Shown here: positions 55,501 through 63,194 of the stretch, piece by piece
How positions within the stretch are numbered: position 1 is the first letter of the stretch
How the letters are laid out: every line of letters starts with the position of its first letter
NCBI GenBank assembly: GCA_964448705.1
Contig: CAYUZS010000001.1
Span: forward strand, 114,687 to 178,686
DNA from: an uncultured Gammaproteobacteria bacterium
GTDB lineage: Bacteria > Patescibacteriota > Microgenomatia > UBA12405
Length of the DNA stretch: 64,000 nucleotides
Direction of reading: 5' to 3'
The notes under the pieces: generated by a model
What the model saw: only the letters and a program-made list of their open reading frames with translations
Told to the model about the DNA's origin: nothing
Database searches by the model: none
Translations under genes and position numbers: made by a program

Positions 55501-55973
55501 CCGGAACTTAAAGTTAATGTTTGGCCGGTATTGTCCAAACCCCAAAGATTGGTTTTATAAGTATCATCAGTATTAATAGTGTATAGATGGCGATAGTAAT
55601 TTGGTTCGGCGGATTCTATACTGGCATCCTGACGAAGCATAGTGATGGCATCTTTAACATTAGAGCGGCGATTGATTTTGTAGACGATGGTATTTTCACT
55701 GCGATGTTCGACTTTTGAGTCCAAACCTTTCAAAATAGGAAAACTAAATTTTTTGACGGCAGTAATTAAATTATTGGAATTAATGTTAAGACGATTTTTT
55801 TTAAATTTAACGATGACTTCATCTGGAACATAATCAACTAAAGGTACAAGATCCTGAAGTTCGGAAGAGGTAGTTTGTCTTGGAGGCAAAGCAAAAGATG
55901 AGGCAGGATAAATTAATTCGATAATTGCCAATAAAGCAAATGGCATTAACCGAAAACACTTTTTGAAGTCCAT
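52491..55973 (-). CDS. secreted S8 subtilisin-like serine peptidase with large C-terminal beta-rich extension and FN3-like module
   Basis: Signal peptide, I9-like propeptide (VIVKFKKN), catalytic D (VAVIDTGV), H (HGTHIAGTIAA) and S (GTSMAAPHVAG). The C-terminal ..TTYYFRVAAVNGCTAGPWSEW module is paralogous to the sortase and TasA-like proteins. 1160 aa. Confidence 0.9.
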   Translation of the reverse strand: MDFKKCFRLMPFALLAIIELIYPASSFALPPRQTTSSELQDLVPLVDYVPDEVIVKFKKNRLNINSNNLITAVKKFSFPILKGLDSKVEHRSENTIVYKINRRSNVKDAITMLRQDASIESAEPNYYRHLYTINTDDTYKTNLWGLDNTGQTLTLSSGATATSVADADIDMPSAWSLSTGSSDVIVAVIDTGVAYNHPDLINNMWDGSDCVDENGDYLGGCQHGYDFEDDDKDPLPTSNTHGTHIAGTIAATQNNTRGIAGVGPRIKIMAIKCDLTVSCLISSMNFARQNGAKIINASYGGSDYSASEYNAISDFENAGGLLIAAAGNESVDNDTETHSYPSDYNLADIISVAATDQGDSLASFSNTGATSVDVGAPGVNIYSTYDELSLVNETFNNSTAPDLPTGWTTDYGSAWGTYNIGGTGPIYNVLYGDVSHTPYDYPVDSYLTHDTVDLSTVDNVKFSFLTKCDTENTDPQGASSDYMALEVSSDGTNYTELLRWNTYSLVALYGSNIADISQDLASQYYTSSFKFRLRWVADSDTDRGTGDGCLVKNLKVVTYTDGSNEDYEFLSGTSMAAPHVAGLAGYLLSIDPSLTNAQLKDNILTNGDSLNSLSGKTVTGKRINAYKSVLALGLSVTGPAVTGLSNDSTPAKSKTWTWSSATPSTDTYRYLIDQSSTSAPSGAYGVGNSAYVSSGTGTYYLHVQAKDTDDNEGPVVTVSCILDNTGPTASIETGIGSTLVIDFAENIYDYSGVALGNSTDVSDYFTVAPSTMSLTSAVYSSQKITFISSGVVAGGSLVLNVGSTATLFYDSLGNAISSLRLVSSGNNWSINPSTLSITSNYLPDLFVSGLFTTTPGTVENNSLSVGVTGNILISIGDTSTTSSVALSDGLTISENTDNEFDASQIGVSSFDVATGINLGFDYVSRAGVQWGIANTTLKFSSPVTINIYVGDSYNGDTLHIFRSLSLDSAWTAEGLVNDTCTINSGFCQFTTNLASYFVAASSASTTPEPTIPPSSDNNSNNNSSPPVFTLFHEPPRCTDTTPLSRPDLFKIITTKGSAKIIFTPINDKITGYVVNYGYKKDEDRFSAIFNYVNNNEGEQNFTVNLLDPRTTYYFRVAAVNGCTAGPWSEWVPAKANYKKTIHKYKTSLVNKKVVLINQFP

Positions 55974-56017
55974 ATCAATAATTAATTAAAACACAACAAT
56001 TCAAAAAAAGGTGAAGA

Positions 56018-57781
56018 TCAGCTGTTTATTTTGTGTATCGTAATTAAATCGAGAGAATCTTCAAATGATTTTGCAGAGACAACAGTGCCATGATTAACAA
56101 AATAGATTTGGTCTGCTTTTTTAATAGTGTTTAACCGATGGGCAATAATAACTTTAGTTGTTTTTTTAGGAAGTTTATCGATGATAGTCTGCAGCAGACT
56201 TTCGGTGACGGTATCAATGTTGGCAGTGGCTTCGTCCATAATTAATAAATCAGGACGGCGAATAATGGCTCTGATAAATGAAATCAGTTGTTTTTGACCA
56301 AGACTGATAGTTTCAATAGTGGGAGTAACCAAAGTGTCTAAACCTTGATCAAATTTGTTGATTAAGACCTCCAAATCAAGATCCCGGAGAATCTTTTCCA
56401 GTTTAGTTTTGGAATAAACGGGAAAATCCGGATGACCATAGACTATGTTTTCACCAACAGTACCGGTAAAGAGATATTGTTCCTGATGAATAAATCCGAT
56501 TTTTTCGGAAATTTCCTGCGGCGAATAACTTTTTATGTCACGACCCTGCAGATAAACTGTACCCCGATTGGGATCATACAATCTGGTCATGAGAGAAGCC
56601 AGAGTACTTTTTCCACCACCGGTGGGGCCGACAATGGCATAAGTTTTGCCGCAACAAAAATTAAAATTAACCTTTTTAAGAATCCAATCACTATCGACAT
56701 ATTTAAAGCTGGCATTTTCAAAGTGAATAATGGAATCAGTGGGTTTAGTTTTTGTTTTAGGTGAAATTTCCAAATTTGATTTCAGCTGAAGAATCTCGAA
56801 GATACGATTCCATCCGGCTAATGCCACCTGAGCCGAAGCGATGAGAGCTGCCATCTGACGAAGAGGTCCATAGAAACGATCAGTATAACTTAAGAAACTG
56901 ATGAGGATACCAACAGTGATCTGACCCTGACTGATAAAATAAACCCCAAAGACAAGAACTAAGAGGACCGCCATGTTTCCGGAAAAATCATACAACGGCC
57001 CGGAAATATTGTTGGCAATTCCCGAACGGACAGAATGATGAAAATTATTGAAGTTAACATTTTGAAAATTGTCCCGGAAATAATCACGCCGATCATAAGC
57101 CACCACAACTTTAAAATTATTTAAACTCTCCTGAATTTCAGCAGAAAGAGTACCAAGCGACTGAAGACTGAGGCGGTTTTGACGACTTACCCACGGAGAA
57201 ATTAAAAGAGTAATTATAAATAGAAGAAAGGCACTGCCGAGAGTGATTAAAGCCAGGCGAAAATTAATGGTAAACATAAAAAGACAAATACCAAGCATGG
57301 TGAAAAAGTTACCCATAAATTGATTCAGCTGTTGAGAGAAAAATTGATTTAGTTTGTCGGTGTCGTTGTTAATCCTGGATATCAAATCACCAAGTTTATT
57401 TTGATTAAAAAAGACCAGAGGCAGCATTTGAATTTTCTGAAAAAGCGTATTTCTAAGATTAAAGAGAACATTTTGGCCGATAGTTCCCATGAGTCTGGTT
57501 TGTAAATAATTGGTGATGAAACCTAATGAAAACAAACCCAGAAGAATAAAGGTATTCATGGTTAAACCATTCAGATCCTTGTTTTGGATATAACGGTCAA
57601 CAGTCTGACCTAAAATAAAAGGGGTAGCGATGCCGATGAGTGAGTTAATTAAAATAGCAACTAAGGCAATTAAAAAACGGATTTTTTCGCCAACCAAAAA
57701 ATGAATAAATTGTTTTACCAAACGGAAAAAGTTTAGTTTTTCTTTCTGACCGGACTGATAAGTTTTTAGAGTGTAGTTCAT
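56018..57781 (-). CDS. ABC exporter, fused permease-ATPase (MsbA/type I exporter family)
   Basis: 6 TM N-terminal domain. Walker A GPTGGGKST, signature ISLGQKQ, Walker B LLIMDEATANID. Confidence 0.9.
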   Translation of the reverse strand: MNYTLKTYQSGQKEKLNFFRLVKQFIHFLVGEKIRFLIALVAILINSLIGIATPFILGQTVDRYIQNKDLNGLTMNTFILLGLFSLGFITNYLQTRLMGTIGQNVLFNLRNTLFQKIQMLPLVFFNQNKLGDLISRINNDTDKLNQFFSQQLNQFMGNFFTMLGICLFMFTINFRLALITLGSAFLLFIITLLISPWVSRQNRLSLQSLGTLSAEIQESLNNFKVVVAYDRRDYFRDNFQNVNFNNFHHSVRSGIANNISGPLYDFSGNMAVLLVLVFGVYFISQGQITVGILISFLSYTDRFYGPLRQMAALIASAQVALAGWNRIFEILQLKSNLEISPKTKTKPTDSIIHFENASFKYVDSDWILKKVNFNFCCGKTYAIVGPTGGGKSTLASLMTRLYDPNRGTVYLQGRDIKSYSPQEISEKIGFIHQEQYLFTGTVGENIVYGHPDFPVYSKTKLEKILRDLDLEVLINKFDQGLDTLVTPTIETISLGQKQLISFIRAIIRRPDLLIMDEATANIDTVTESLLQTIIDKLPKKTTKVIIAHRLNTIKKADQIYFVNHGTVVSAKSFEDSLDLITIHKINS

Positions 57782-59502
57782 GAGGTTGACATCTGTGAAT
57801 TATAAATTTGTTGATATTCAGGTGATTTTTTTAATAACTGTTGATGGGTGCCAACGGCTAAAACCTCCCCTTCCATTAAAAGAATGATCTGGTCGTAATC
57901 TACAACTGAAGATATTTGTTGAGTAATAAGAACCCGGGTGGCGAGAGAATAATTTTTAGAGATATTGGTAAAAATATTTTTTTCAGTTTCCTTGTCGACA
58001 CGGGCGGTGAAATCATCCAACAATAATATTTTTGGATTCAAGGCCAAAGCCCGGGCCAGGGTTAACCTCTGTTTTTGACCACCGGAAAGATTACTCCCCC
58101 TTTCGGCAATTTTAGTATCCAGACCATGAGGCAGACGATCAATAAAACCTTTTAATTCAGCAGTTTCGATTGCCTTTTGTAAATCGATATCACTGAGATT
58201 TTTATTGAAACTGATATTTTCTTTAATTGAAGTATTAAAAATAGAACTGTCCTGAAAAACCAATCCGATTTGGGAAGAAAGTGATTCGGCTGAGTAGTCG
58301 CTAAGCGGAAAATTATCAATTGTTATCTTGCCTGAAGTTGGCGGTAATAGTCCTGACAGCAGATAAAATAATTGGGTTTTTCCGGCAGCAGTGGGACCGA
58401 GAATTGCTGTTTTAGAATGAGCTTTTATGACAAAGGAAACATCTTTTAAAACAGGTTTGTTGTCGAAAGATAAATTAACATGAGAAAAGCGAATATTGCC
58501 ATTTAGTTGACGATTTAATTTGCCCGGTGATAAAGGAGGCTTGGAATTGATTACCTGATAAATACGCTCGTAAGAAACTCCGGCTCTGGCCAATAAATTA
58601 CTAATAAATCCAAGCACCAAAATCGGGAAGATAAGCAAAGAGATATAGCTTAAAAAGGCTGACAAACTACCGATAGAAAAAGTACCATTCATAATGGAAC
58701 GACCGCCGGTATAAAGAACCATTACCACTGCGGAATTAGCAATAATTGAAATTACGGGAATTAAGGCAGAGAAAAGTTTTAAAATTGACAAACCATTTTC
58801 CCGGGCTTCGGAACTGACCAGATTAAATTTCTGATTTTCCACAGAACCGGAATTCAAAATTCTTATCAAAGGGGCAGCGACCATACTCTCGTTGATGGTT
58901 TTGTTTAATTTATCAATTATTTGCTGGGCACTAAGAAAATATTTTCTTACCTGTCGAAAAATAAGAAAGAAAATTGTACCAATCAGCGGAACTATAGTAA
59001 GAACAATCAGCGCCAAACCGAAATTAATAGAAATTAAAAGAACTGAAGCGCCGATAAGGACAACCAGTGAAGAAAACATCTGGATTAAAGCCTGAGAAAT
59101 GGCCATTTTAAGATTATCGACATCGGCTGTCAGATTGGTTAATAGTTTTTCCGGAGTAGTTTCGACAATAAATGAAAAATGCTGACGGGAAATTTTATCG
59201 ATAAGTTTGGTTCTTAAATCACGGGCAACCAATTCGGAAAGATAAGTTTGCAAAATACTCTGAATAGCAGAAAAAATAAAGACGGCGATCGAAACAGCGG
59301 AAATTATTTTGACATAATTTATTAATTTGAAATCGGGCTGCGAAAACGAATCAATAACCCCGGCAACCAATTTTGGTAAAAAGAGACCAAGGCCGTTGGC
59401 CAAGAGATTAAAAATTAAAATAACTATTATTAAAGCCAAATACGGCCTTGCCAAAGAGAACAAACGATACGGATTTTTCCTGGTTTTTTCTGGAGATGAC
59501 AT
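57778..59502 (-). CDS. ABC exporter, fused permease-ATPase, heterodimer partner
   Basis: Walker A GPTAAGKTQ, signature LSGGQKQRLTLARA, Walker B LLLDDFTARVD. 4-nt overlap with the downstream partner. Confidence 0.9.
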   Translation of the reverse strand: MSSPEKTRKNPYRLFSLARPYLALIIVILIFNLLANGLGLFLPKLVAGVIDSFSQPDFKLINYVKIISAVSIAVFIFSAIQSILQTYLSELVARDLRTKLIDKISRQHFSFIVETTPEKLLTNLTADVDNLKMAISQALIQMFSSLVVLIGASVLLISINFGLALIVLTIVPLIGTIFFLIFRQVRKYFLSAQQIIDKLNKTINESMVAAPLIRILNSGSVENQKFNLVSSEARENGLSILKLFSALIPVISIIANSAVVMVLYTGGRSIMNGTFSIGSLSAFLSYISLLIFPILVLGFISNLLARAGVSYERIYQVINSKPPLSPGKLNRQLNGNIRFSHVNLSFDNKPVLKDVSFVIKAHSKTAILGPTAAGKTQLFYLLSGLLPPTSGKITIDNFPLSDYSAESLSSQIGLVFQDSSIFNTSIKENISFNKNLSDIDLQKAIETAELKGFIDRLPHGLDTKIAERGSNLSGGQKQRLTLARALALNPKILLLDDFTARVDKETEKNIFTNISKNYSLATRVLITQQISSVVDYDQIILLMEGEVLAVGTHQQLLKKSPEYQQIYNSQMSTS

Positions 59503-59564
59503 GATTTTGAAAAAAGAACGATTGGTAATTTTAAGACTGTAATATGAATTTTACAAGTGATATA

Positions 59565-59594
59565 TTGACAGACTAGCACTCCGAGTGCTAGACT
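59565..59594 (+). promoter_or_regulatory. hsp20 promoter/operator: -35 TTGACA followed by a perfect 9-bp inverted repeat cTAGCACTC-c-GAGTGCTAg (CIRCE half-sites with 1-nt instead of 9-nt spacer)
   Basis: TTGACA at 59565-59570. Repeat arms at 59573-59581 and 59583-59591. A TAGACT -10-like hexamer overlaps the right arm. RBS AGGAGA at 59622 and ATG at 59637. Confidence 0.5.
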
Positions 59595-59636
59595 GCTTAT
59601 GCTTAATTATTTATCAAAAAAGGAGATAAAAAAATT

Positions 59637-60074
59637 ATGTCTATCATCCGTTTCGATCCTTTTAAAAATGATTTCTTTCCCTCAATAAGACCAAACTTCT
59701 CCCCTTTCTGGGAAGACGAGGAATGGCCGGAGCTAACAATGACTCAGGGACTTAATGTTTACGAAGAAAACGATAAAGTGGTGGTTAAGGCCGCAGTACC
59801 GGGAATTCCTGAAGACAAATTGGAAATTACTTATGAAGATGGAGTTTTAAATATTAAGGGCAGTGTTCAGGAAACCGAAGAAGAAAAAAATAAAAAAAAA
59901 GTTGTTTACCGTAAACAAATGATATCCTCGGTGAACTACACTACTTATCTACCAAGAGCCGTCGACACTGAAAAAATGGAAGCAACAATAAAAGACGGAG
60001 TAGTTACTATCTCGGCACCTGTTGCCCAAGAGGCAAAAGCTAAAAAAATCTCTATAAAAAAGGATGTCAAATAA
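59637..60074 (+). CDS. Hsp20/alpha-crystallin family small heat-shock protein
   Basis: Alpha-crystallin domain with ..AVPGIPEDKLEITYEDGVLNIKG and a C-terminal I-x-I-like ISI motif. 145 aa. Confidence 0.9.
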   Translation: MSIIRFDPFKNDFFPSIRPNFSPFWEDEEWPELTMTQGLNVYEENDKVVVKAAVPGIPEDKLEITYEDGVLNIKGSVQETEEEKNKKKVVYRKQMISSVNYTTYLPRAVDTEKMEATIKDGVVTISAPVAQEAKAKKISIKKDVK

Positions 60075-60091
60075 ATTTTGATAAAAAAATA

Positions 60092-60118
60092 AGACCCCCG
60101 AAAGGGGGTCTTTATGTT
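60092..60118 (+). terminator. rho-independent terminator after hsp20
   Basis: AGACCCCC-gaaa-GGGGGTCT stem-loop (60092-60111) followed by ttatgtt. Confidence 0.75.
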
Positions 60119-60130
60119 AGTATAGAATTC

Positions 60131-60661
60131 ATGGAAGAAAATAAAAATGAAGTCTGCCCTAAATGCGGAGCACCGTTAGGAGAAGTTACTGAAACATCAA
60201 CCGGAAGGCGGATACAGAGATGCAGTCGAGGTTCATGGAACCCACAAACTCATAAAAATGAAGGCTGTGAATATGTTAAATGGCTGGAGGTTGAGCCAAA
60301 ATCCTTAGGTGAAAAATGTCCTAAATGCGGGGCTAATCTAATTTTAGCAGTAACCAGGTTTGGTAAAAAAATGAAAAAATGTTCAACTTCCGGATGGGAT
60401 AAAGAAGCTAAAAAAGCTACCGGATGTGACTATGTAGAATGGATAAACGGAACCACAGAACCTTTGGATGAAGTTTGCCCTAAATGCGGTGAAAAATTAG
60501 TTTTGTATACCACTGCCAACGGTAAAAAAATGAAAAAATGTTCAACTTCCGGATGGGATAAAGAAGCTAAAAAAGCTACCGGATGTGACTATGTTCTCTG
60601 GTTAAGGGCAGGACAAACAGAGTCGGATAATGGTGAAGAGTATCTACCTCCGGAGGAATAA
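60131..60661 (+). CDS. protein of three tandem topoisomerase-type C4 zinc-ribbon repeats
   Basis: Three approximately 53-aa units of the form CPKCGA.L.....(G)KKMKKCSTSGWDKEAKKATGCDYV.W, each with 4 Cys, like topoisomerase I C-terminal zinc-ribbon domains. Acidic tail EEYLPPEE. Confidence 0.6.
   Translation: MEENKNEVCPKCGAPLGEVTETSTGRRIQRCSRGSWNPQTHKNEGCEYVKWLEVEPKSLGEKCPKCGANLILAVTRFGKKMKKCSTSGWDKEAKKATGCDYVEWINGTTEPLDEVCPKCGEKLVLYTTANGKKMKKCSTSGWDKEAKKATGCDYVLWLRAGQTESDNGEEYLPPEE
60362..60594. repeat. 159-bp-period direct repeat with a 74-bp identical core (60362-60435 = 60521-60594) inside the zinc-ribbon gene
   Basis: ggtaaaaaaatgaaaaaatgttcaacttccggatgggataaagaagctaaaaaagctaccggatgtgactatgt occurs twice verbatim. 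Confidence 0.85.
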
Positions 60662-60775
60662 ACCGAGAAATTTTTGGCCGCCGTGTTTTTTACAGAACCG
60701 ATATTGGAGCAAGTAAAACTGATTTCTTAAGTTTTCTTCAGTTAAGCAAATAACCGATACTGTAAAATACTCTGA

Positions 60776-61996
60776 ATGAAAAAATATGTGGGAATGGGAG
60801 CAGTTTATTGTTCAATACTAATAGCGGGATGGTTGTGGATAGGAGAAGGTAAAGAATTTTCAGTAAACGAAATTGGTAAATTGTTTGGTATTTTGGGAAT
60901 TGTTTTGATGTCGTGGACAACAATACTTGGGGCCAGAATAAAATTTTTGGAAGATTACTTTTACAGTTTGAATAAGGCATACATTAACCACCATCTGACC
61001 GGCGGAGCCAGTTTTTTATTGATTTTGTTTCATCCGGTATTGCTGAGCATCCGCTATCTTAATTACTCAGTTTCTGCAGCCTGGGAATTTTTTCTACCGA
61101 GTCAATATATGGCCAAAAATTTTGGAATAGCGGCCGTGTGGTTAATGGTAGGATTGATGGTTTTAACTTTATTCGTGAAGATTGATTATAAAAAATGGCA
61201 TATTTCACATAAGTTCATGTCTGCCGTTTTTATTTTGTCGGTGATCCATTGGATGACAATCTATAGCGATGTTTCCGAAAATATGATTTTAAGAGGATAT
61301 TTGATGCTAATAAGTTCCTTGGGAATCGGGGCAATAATCTACCGAACTTTACTGCCCGGAAAATTAGTTAAAAAATATAATTATGTTGTCGGCAAACATA
61401 AAGTTTATCATCAACATTTAATTTTAAATTTAAAACCTGAGACCGAAAAAATGGTATATAAACCGGGACAATTTGTTTTTCTTGAGGTATTCGGAGAAAG
61501 CCATCCTTTGTCACTATCCAGCAATAATGACGAGCTGGAATTGATTATAAAAATAAACGGTGATTGGACCAACAAACTGACCCGGCTTAAAGACAACGAT
61601 TTGGTAAAGGTGGAAGGCCCATACGGAAAATTCGGACAAAATAAAAGCAACGATGAAGAAGTGTGGATTGCCGGAGGAGTAGGAATAGTCCCCTTTGTGG
61701 CATTAGCAAAAATAAAAAGCAAGAAAAAAATAAAATTGTTTTACTCTGTGAAAACTAATTATGACCTGATAAAAGTTAAAGAATTAATTAAGAAAACTTC
61801 AGATAAATTTCAAGTGAAATTTATAGAATCCGATAAGCAGGGTCGGTTGAAAGCTGAACAGGTACTGAGCAATAACCCAAACACGGAATATTTGCTGTGC
61901 GGACCGACTGGAATGGTAGAAAATATTAAAAATGATTTAATTAAATTAAAAGTTAAACCGAAAAAAATTATTTCGGAGGAGTTTTTTTTAAAATGA
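60776..61996 (+). CDS. ferric-reductase/NOX-like flavocytochrome (Ferric_reduct TM domain + FAD_binding_8 + NAD_binding_6)
   Basis: 6-TM N-terminal domain with paired His (..YINHHLTGG, LFHPVLLS, ISHKF..VIHW). The FAD motif HPLSLSS corresponds to HPFT, and the NAD(P)H motif is GGVGIVPF. 406 aa. Confidence 0.7.
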   Translation: MKKYVGMGAVYCSILIAGWLWIGEGKEFSVNEIGKLFGILGIVLMSWTTILGARIKFLEDYFYSLNKAYINHHLTGGASFLLILFHPVLLSIRYLNYSVSAAWEFFLPSQYMAKNFGIAAVWLMVGLMVLTLFVKIDYKKWHISHKFMSAVFILSVIHWMTIYSDVSENMILRGYLMLISSLGIGAIIYRTLLPGKLVKKYNYVVGKHKVYHQHLILNLKPETEKMVYKPGQFVFLEVFGESHPLSLSSNNDELELIIKINGDWTNKLTRLKDNDLVKVEGPYGKFGQNKSNDEEVWIAGGVGIVPFVALAKIKSKKKIKLFYSVKTNYDLIKVKELIKKTSDKFQVKFIESDKQGRLKAEQVLSNNPNTEYLLCGPTGMVENIKNDLIKLKVKPKKIISEEFFLK

Positions 61997-62370
61997 AAAA
62001 CACAAAAATTGTTATCGGCCTGGCGTTAATATTAGTGGTTGTCTACCTTGGATTTTTAGCGACACAAGGCAAAAAGACTGAAGAAACAAGTGTTGCCCCC
62101 ACACCGACTGAGGCGACTGAAAAAACCTATACTTTGGCGGAAGTTGAAAAACACGTTACCGAAAGTGATTGTTGGACAGTGATTAATGAGGATATTTATG
62201 ATGTAACCGGTTTAATTAGCAAACACCCAGGAGGAAGGGATGCGATTTTATCAGCCTGCGGCAAAGACGGAACTTCAATTTTTGAAGAGCGAAACGGAAA
62301 AGGACCGCATCCGGATAAAGCCCAGGATGTATTAAGCGGTATCCGTGTCGGAAAATTGAGTAGTATTTAA
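61993..62370 (+). CDS. membrane-anchored cytochrome b5-like heme-binding domain protein
   Basis: N-terminal TM segment, then ..LAEVEKHVTESDCWTVINEDIYDVTGLISKHPGGRDAIL.. with the b5 'HPGG' heme-ligand motif. 4-nt overlap with the reductase gene. Confidence 0.65.
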   Translation: MKNTKIVIGLALILVVVYLGFLATQGKKTEETSVAPTPTEATEKTYTLAEVEKHVTESDCWTVINEDIYDVTGLISKHPGGRDAILSACGKDGTSIFEERNGKGPHPDKAQDVLSGIRVGKLSSI

Positions 62371-62384
62371 GTTATAATCCACCC

Positions 62385-63166
62385 ATGCAGGTGGAAAATA
62401 ACTACTTAAGCCCGATCGAGAAACAACTATTGTTTTTGAGATGGAGAAAACAAAATGAGAATAAACTCTTTTTGTTTGATCTCGATGATACGATCTGTCC
62501 AACCAGGAAAGAGTTCAGTTTGGCGATTGAGGCGGCCAGCCAACAAATGAATAGATATTGACCGGAAACAACGACCCAGGATTGGAAAAAAGAAATCGTA
62601 ACAATTAACAACCGGCTATTTGAAATTTATAGAGTAAATCCAAATCGTTGGAAAATATTGACGACAGAACTGTCGAAGACGTATCAACTAACACCGACAG
62701 CCGCTGACGAGATAAACAACATTTTTGATTCGATTTATCAAAAATCTCTGGGGTGGCTGCCGGGAGCCAGAGAAGGATTAGAATTTATGAAAGAGACGGA
62801 AACTCCAAAATAGGAATAGTGACACACGCTGATAGAGATTGGACCTGGCGAAAATATCAATGGTTGGAATTGGAAAAATATTTAGAATGGGATAATGTCT
62901 ACACAATCGACACCAGGGAACACAAAACAGCTGAAAAATGGGGAGAGGCAATTAGTTATTTTTCGATCAGACCGAAAAATTGCGCCGTAGTCGGCGACAG
63001 TCCCAGATCGGATATTAATCCGGCTGATGAAATTGGGGTGAAAGAACTTTTTATGGTGGAAGATCCCGATCAATGGTCGCTGCATAAACAAGCAGTCCCT
63101 CCACGAACAAGGGTTATTGCTAATCTAAACCAAATAAGAGAAGTCGGACGGGAAGTCCGACGATAA
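62385..63166 (+). pseudogene. HAD-superfamily hydrolase, disrupted (in-frame TGA at 62559-62561 and a frameshift near 62800-62812)
   Basis: Frame 0 reads ..KLFLFDLDDTICPT.. (HAD motif I), then a stop, then ..LPGAREGLEFMKETETPK*. Frame +2 (track ORF 62753..63166, GTG start) continues ..KIGIVTHADRDW...KTAEKW..VVGDSPRSDINPADEIGV (motifs II-IV). Adding one A to the ccAAAAta run would rejoin the frames. Confidence 0.5.
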
Positions 63167-63194
63167 GAAATGACAATTATTTCTTTACGGATTT

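Noticed and set aside
59573-59591. Canonical CIRCE element
   Set aside because: The half-sites match CIRCE exactly, but the spacer is 1 nt instead of 9. It is reported as a CIRCE-like variant operator, not as a canonical HrcA site.
60662-60775. Terminator hairpin after the zinc-ribbon gene (ggccgcc region)
   Set aside because: Only a 3-bp potential stem. Not a convincing intrinsic terminator.
62559-62561. Genetic code 25 (UGA=Gly) readthrough explaining the in-frame TGA in the HAD gene
   Set aside because: TGA is used as a real stop for metG (expected length, overlapped by the tatD start) and other well-defined genes here. Code 11 fits all long ORFs, so the TGA is treated as a lesion.
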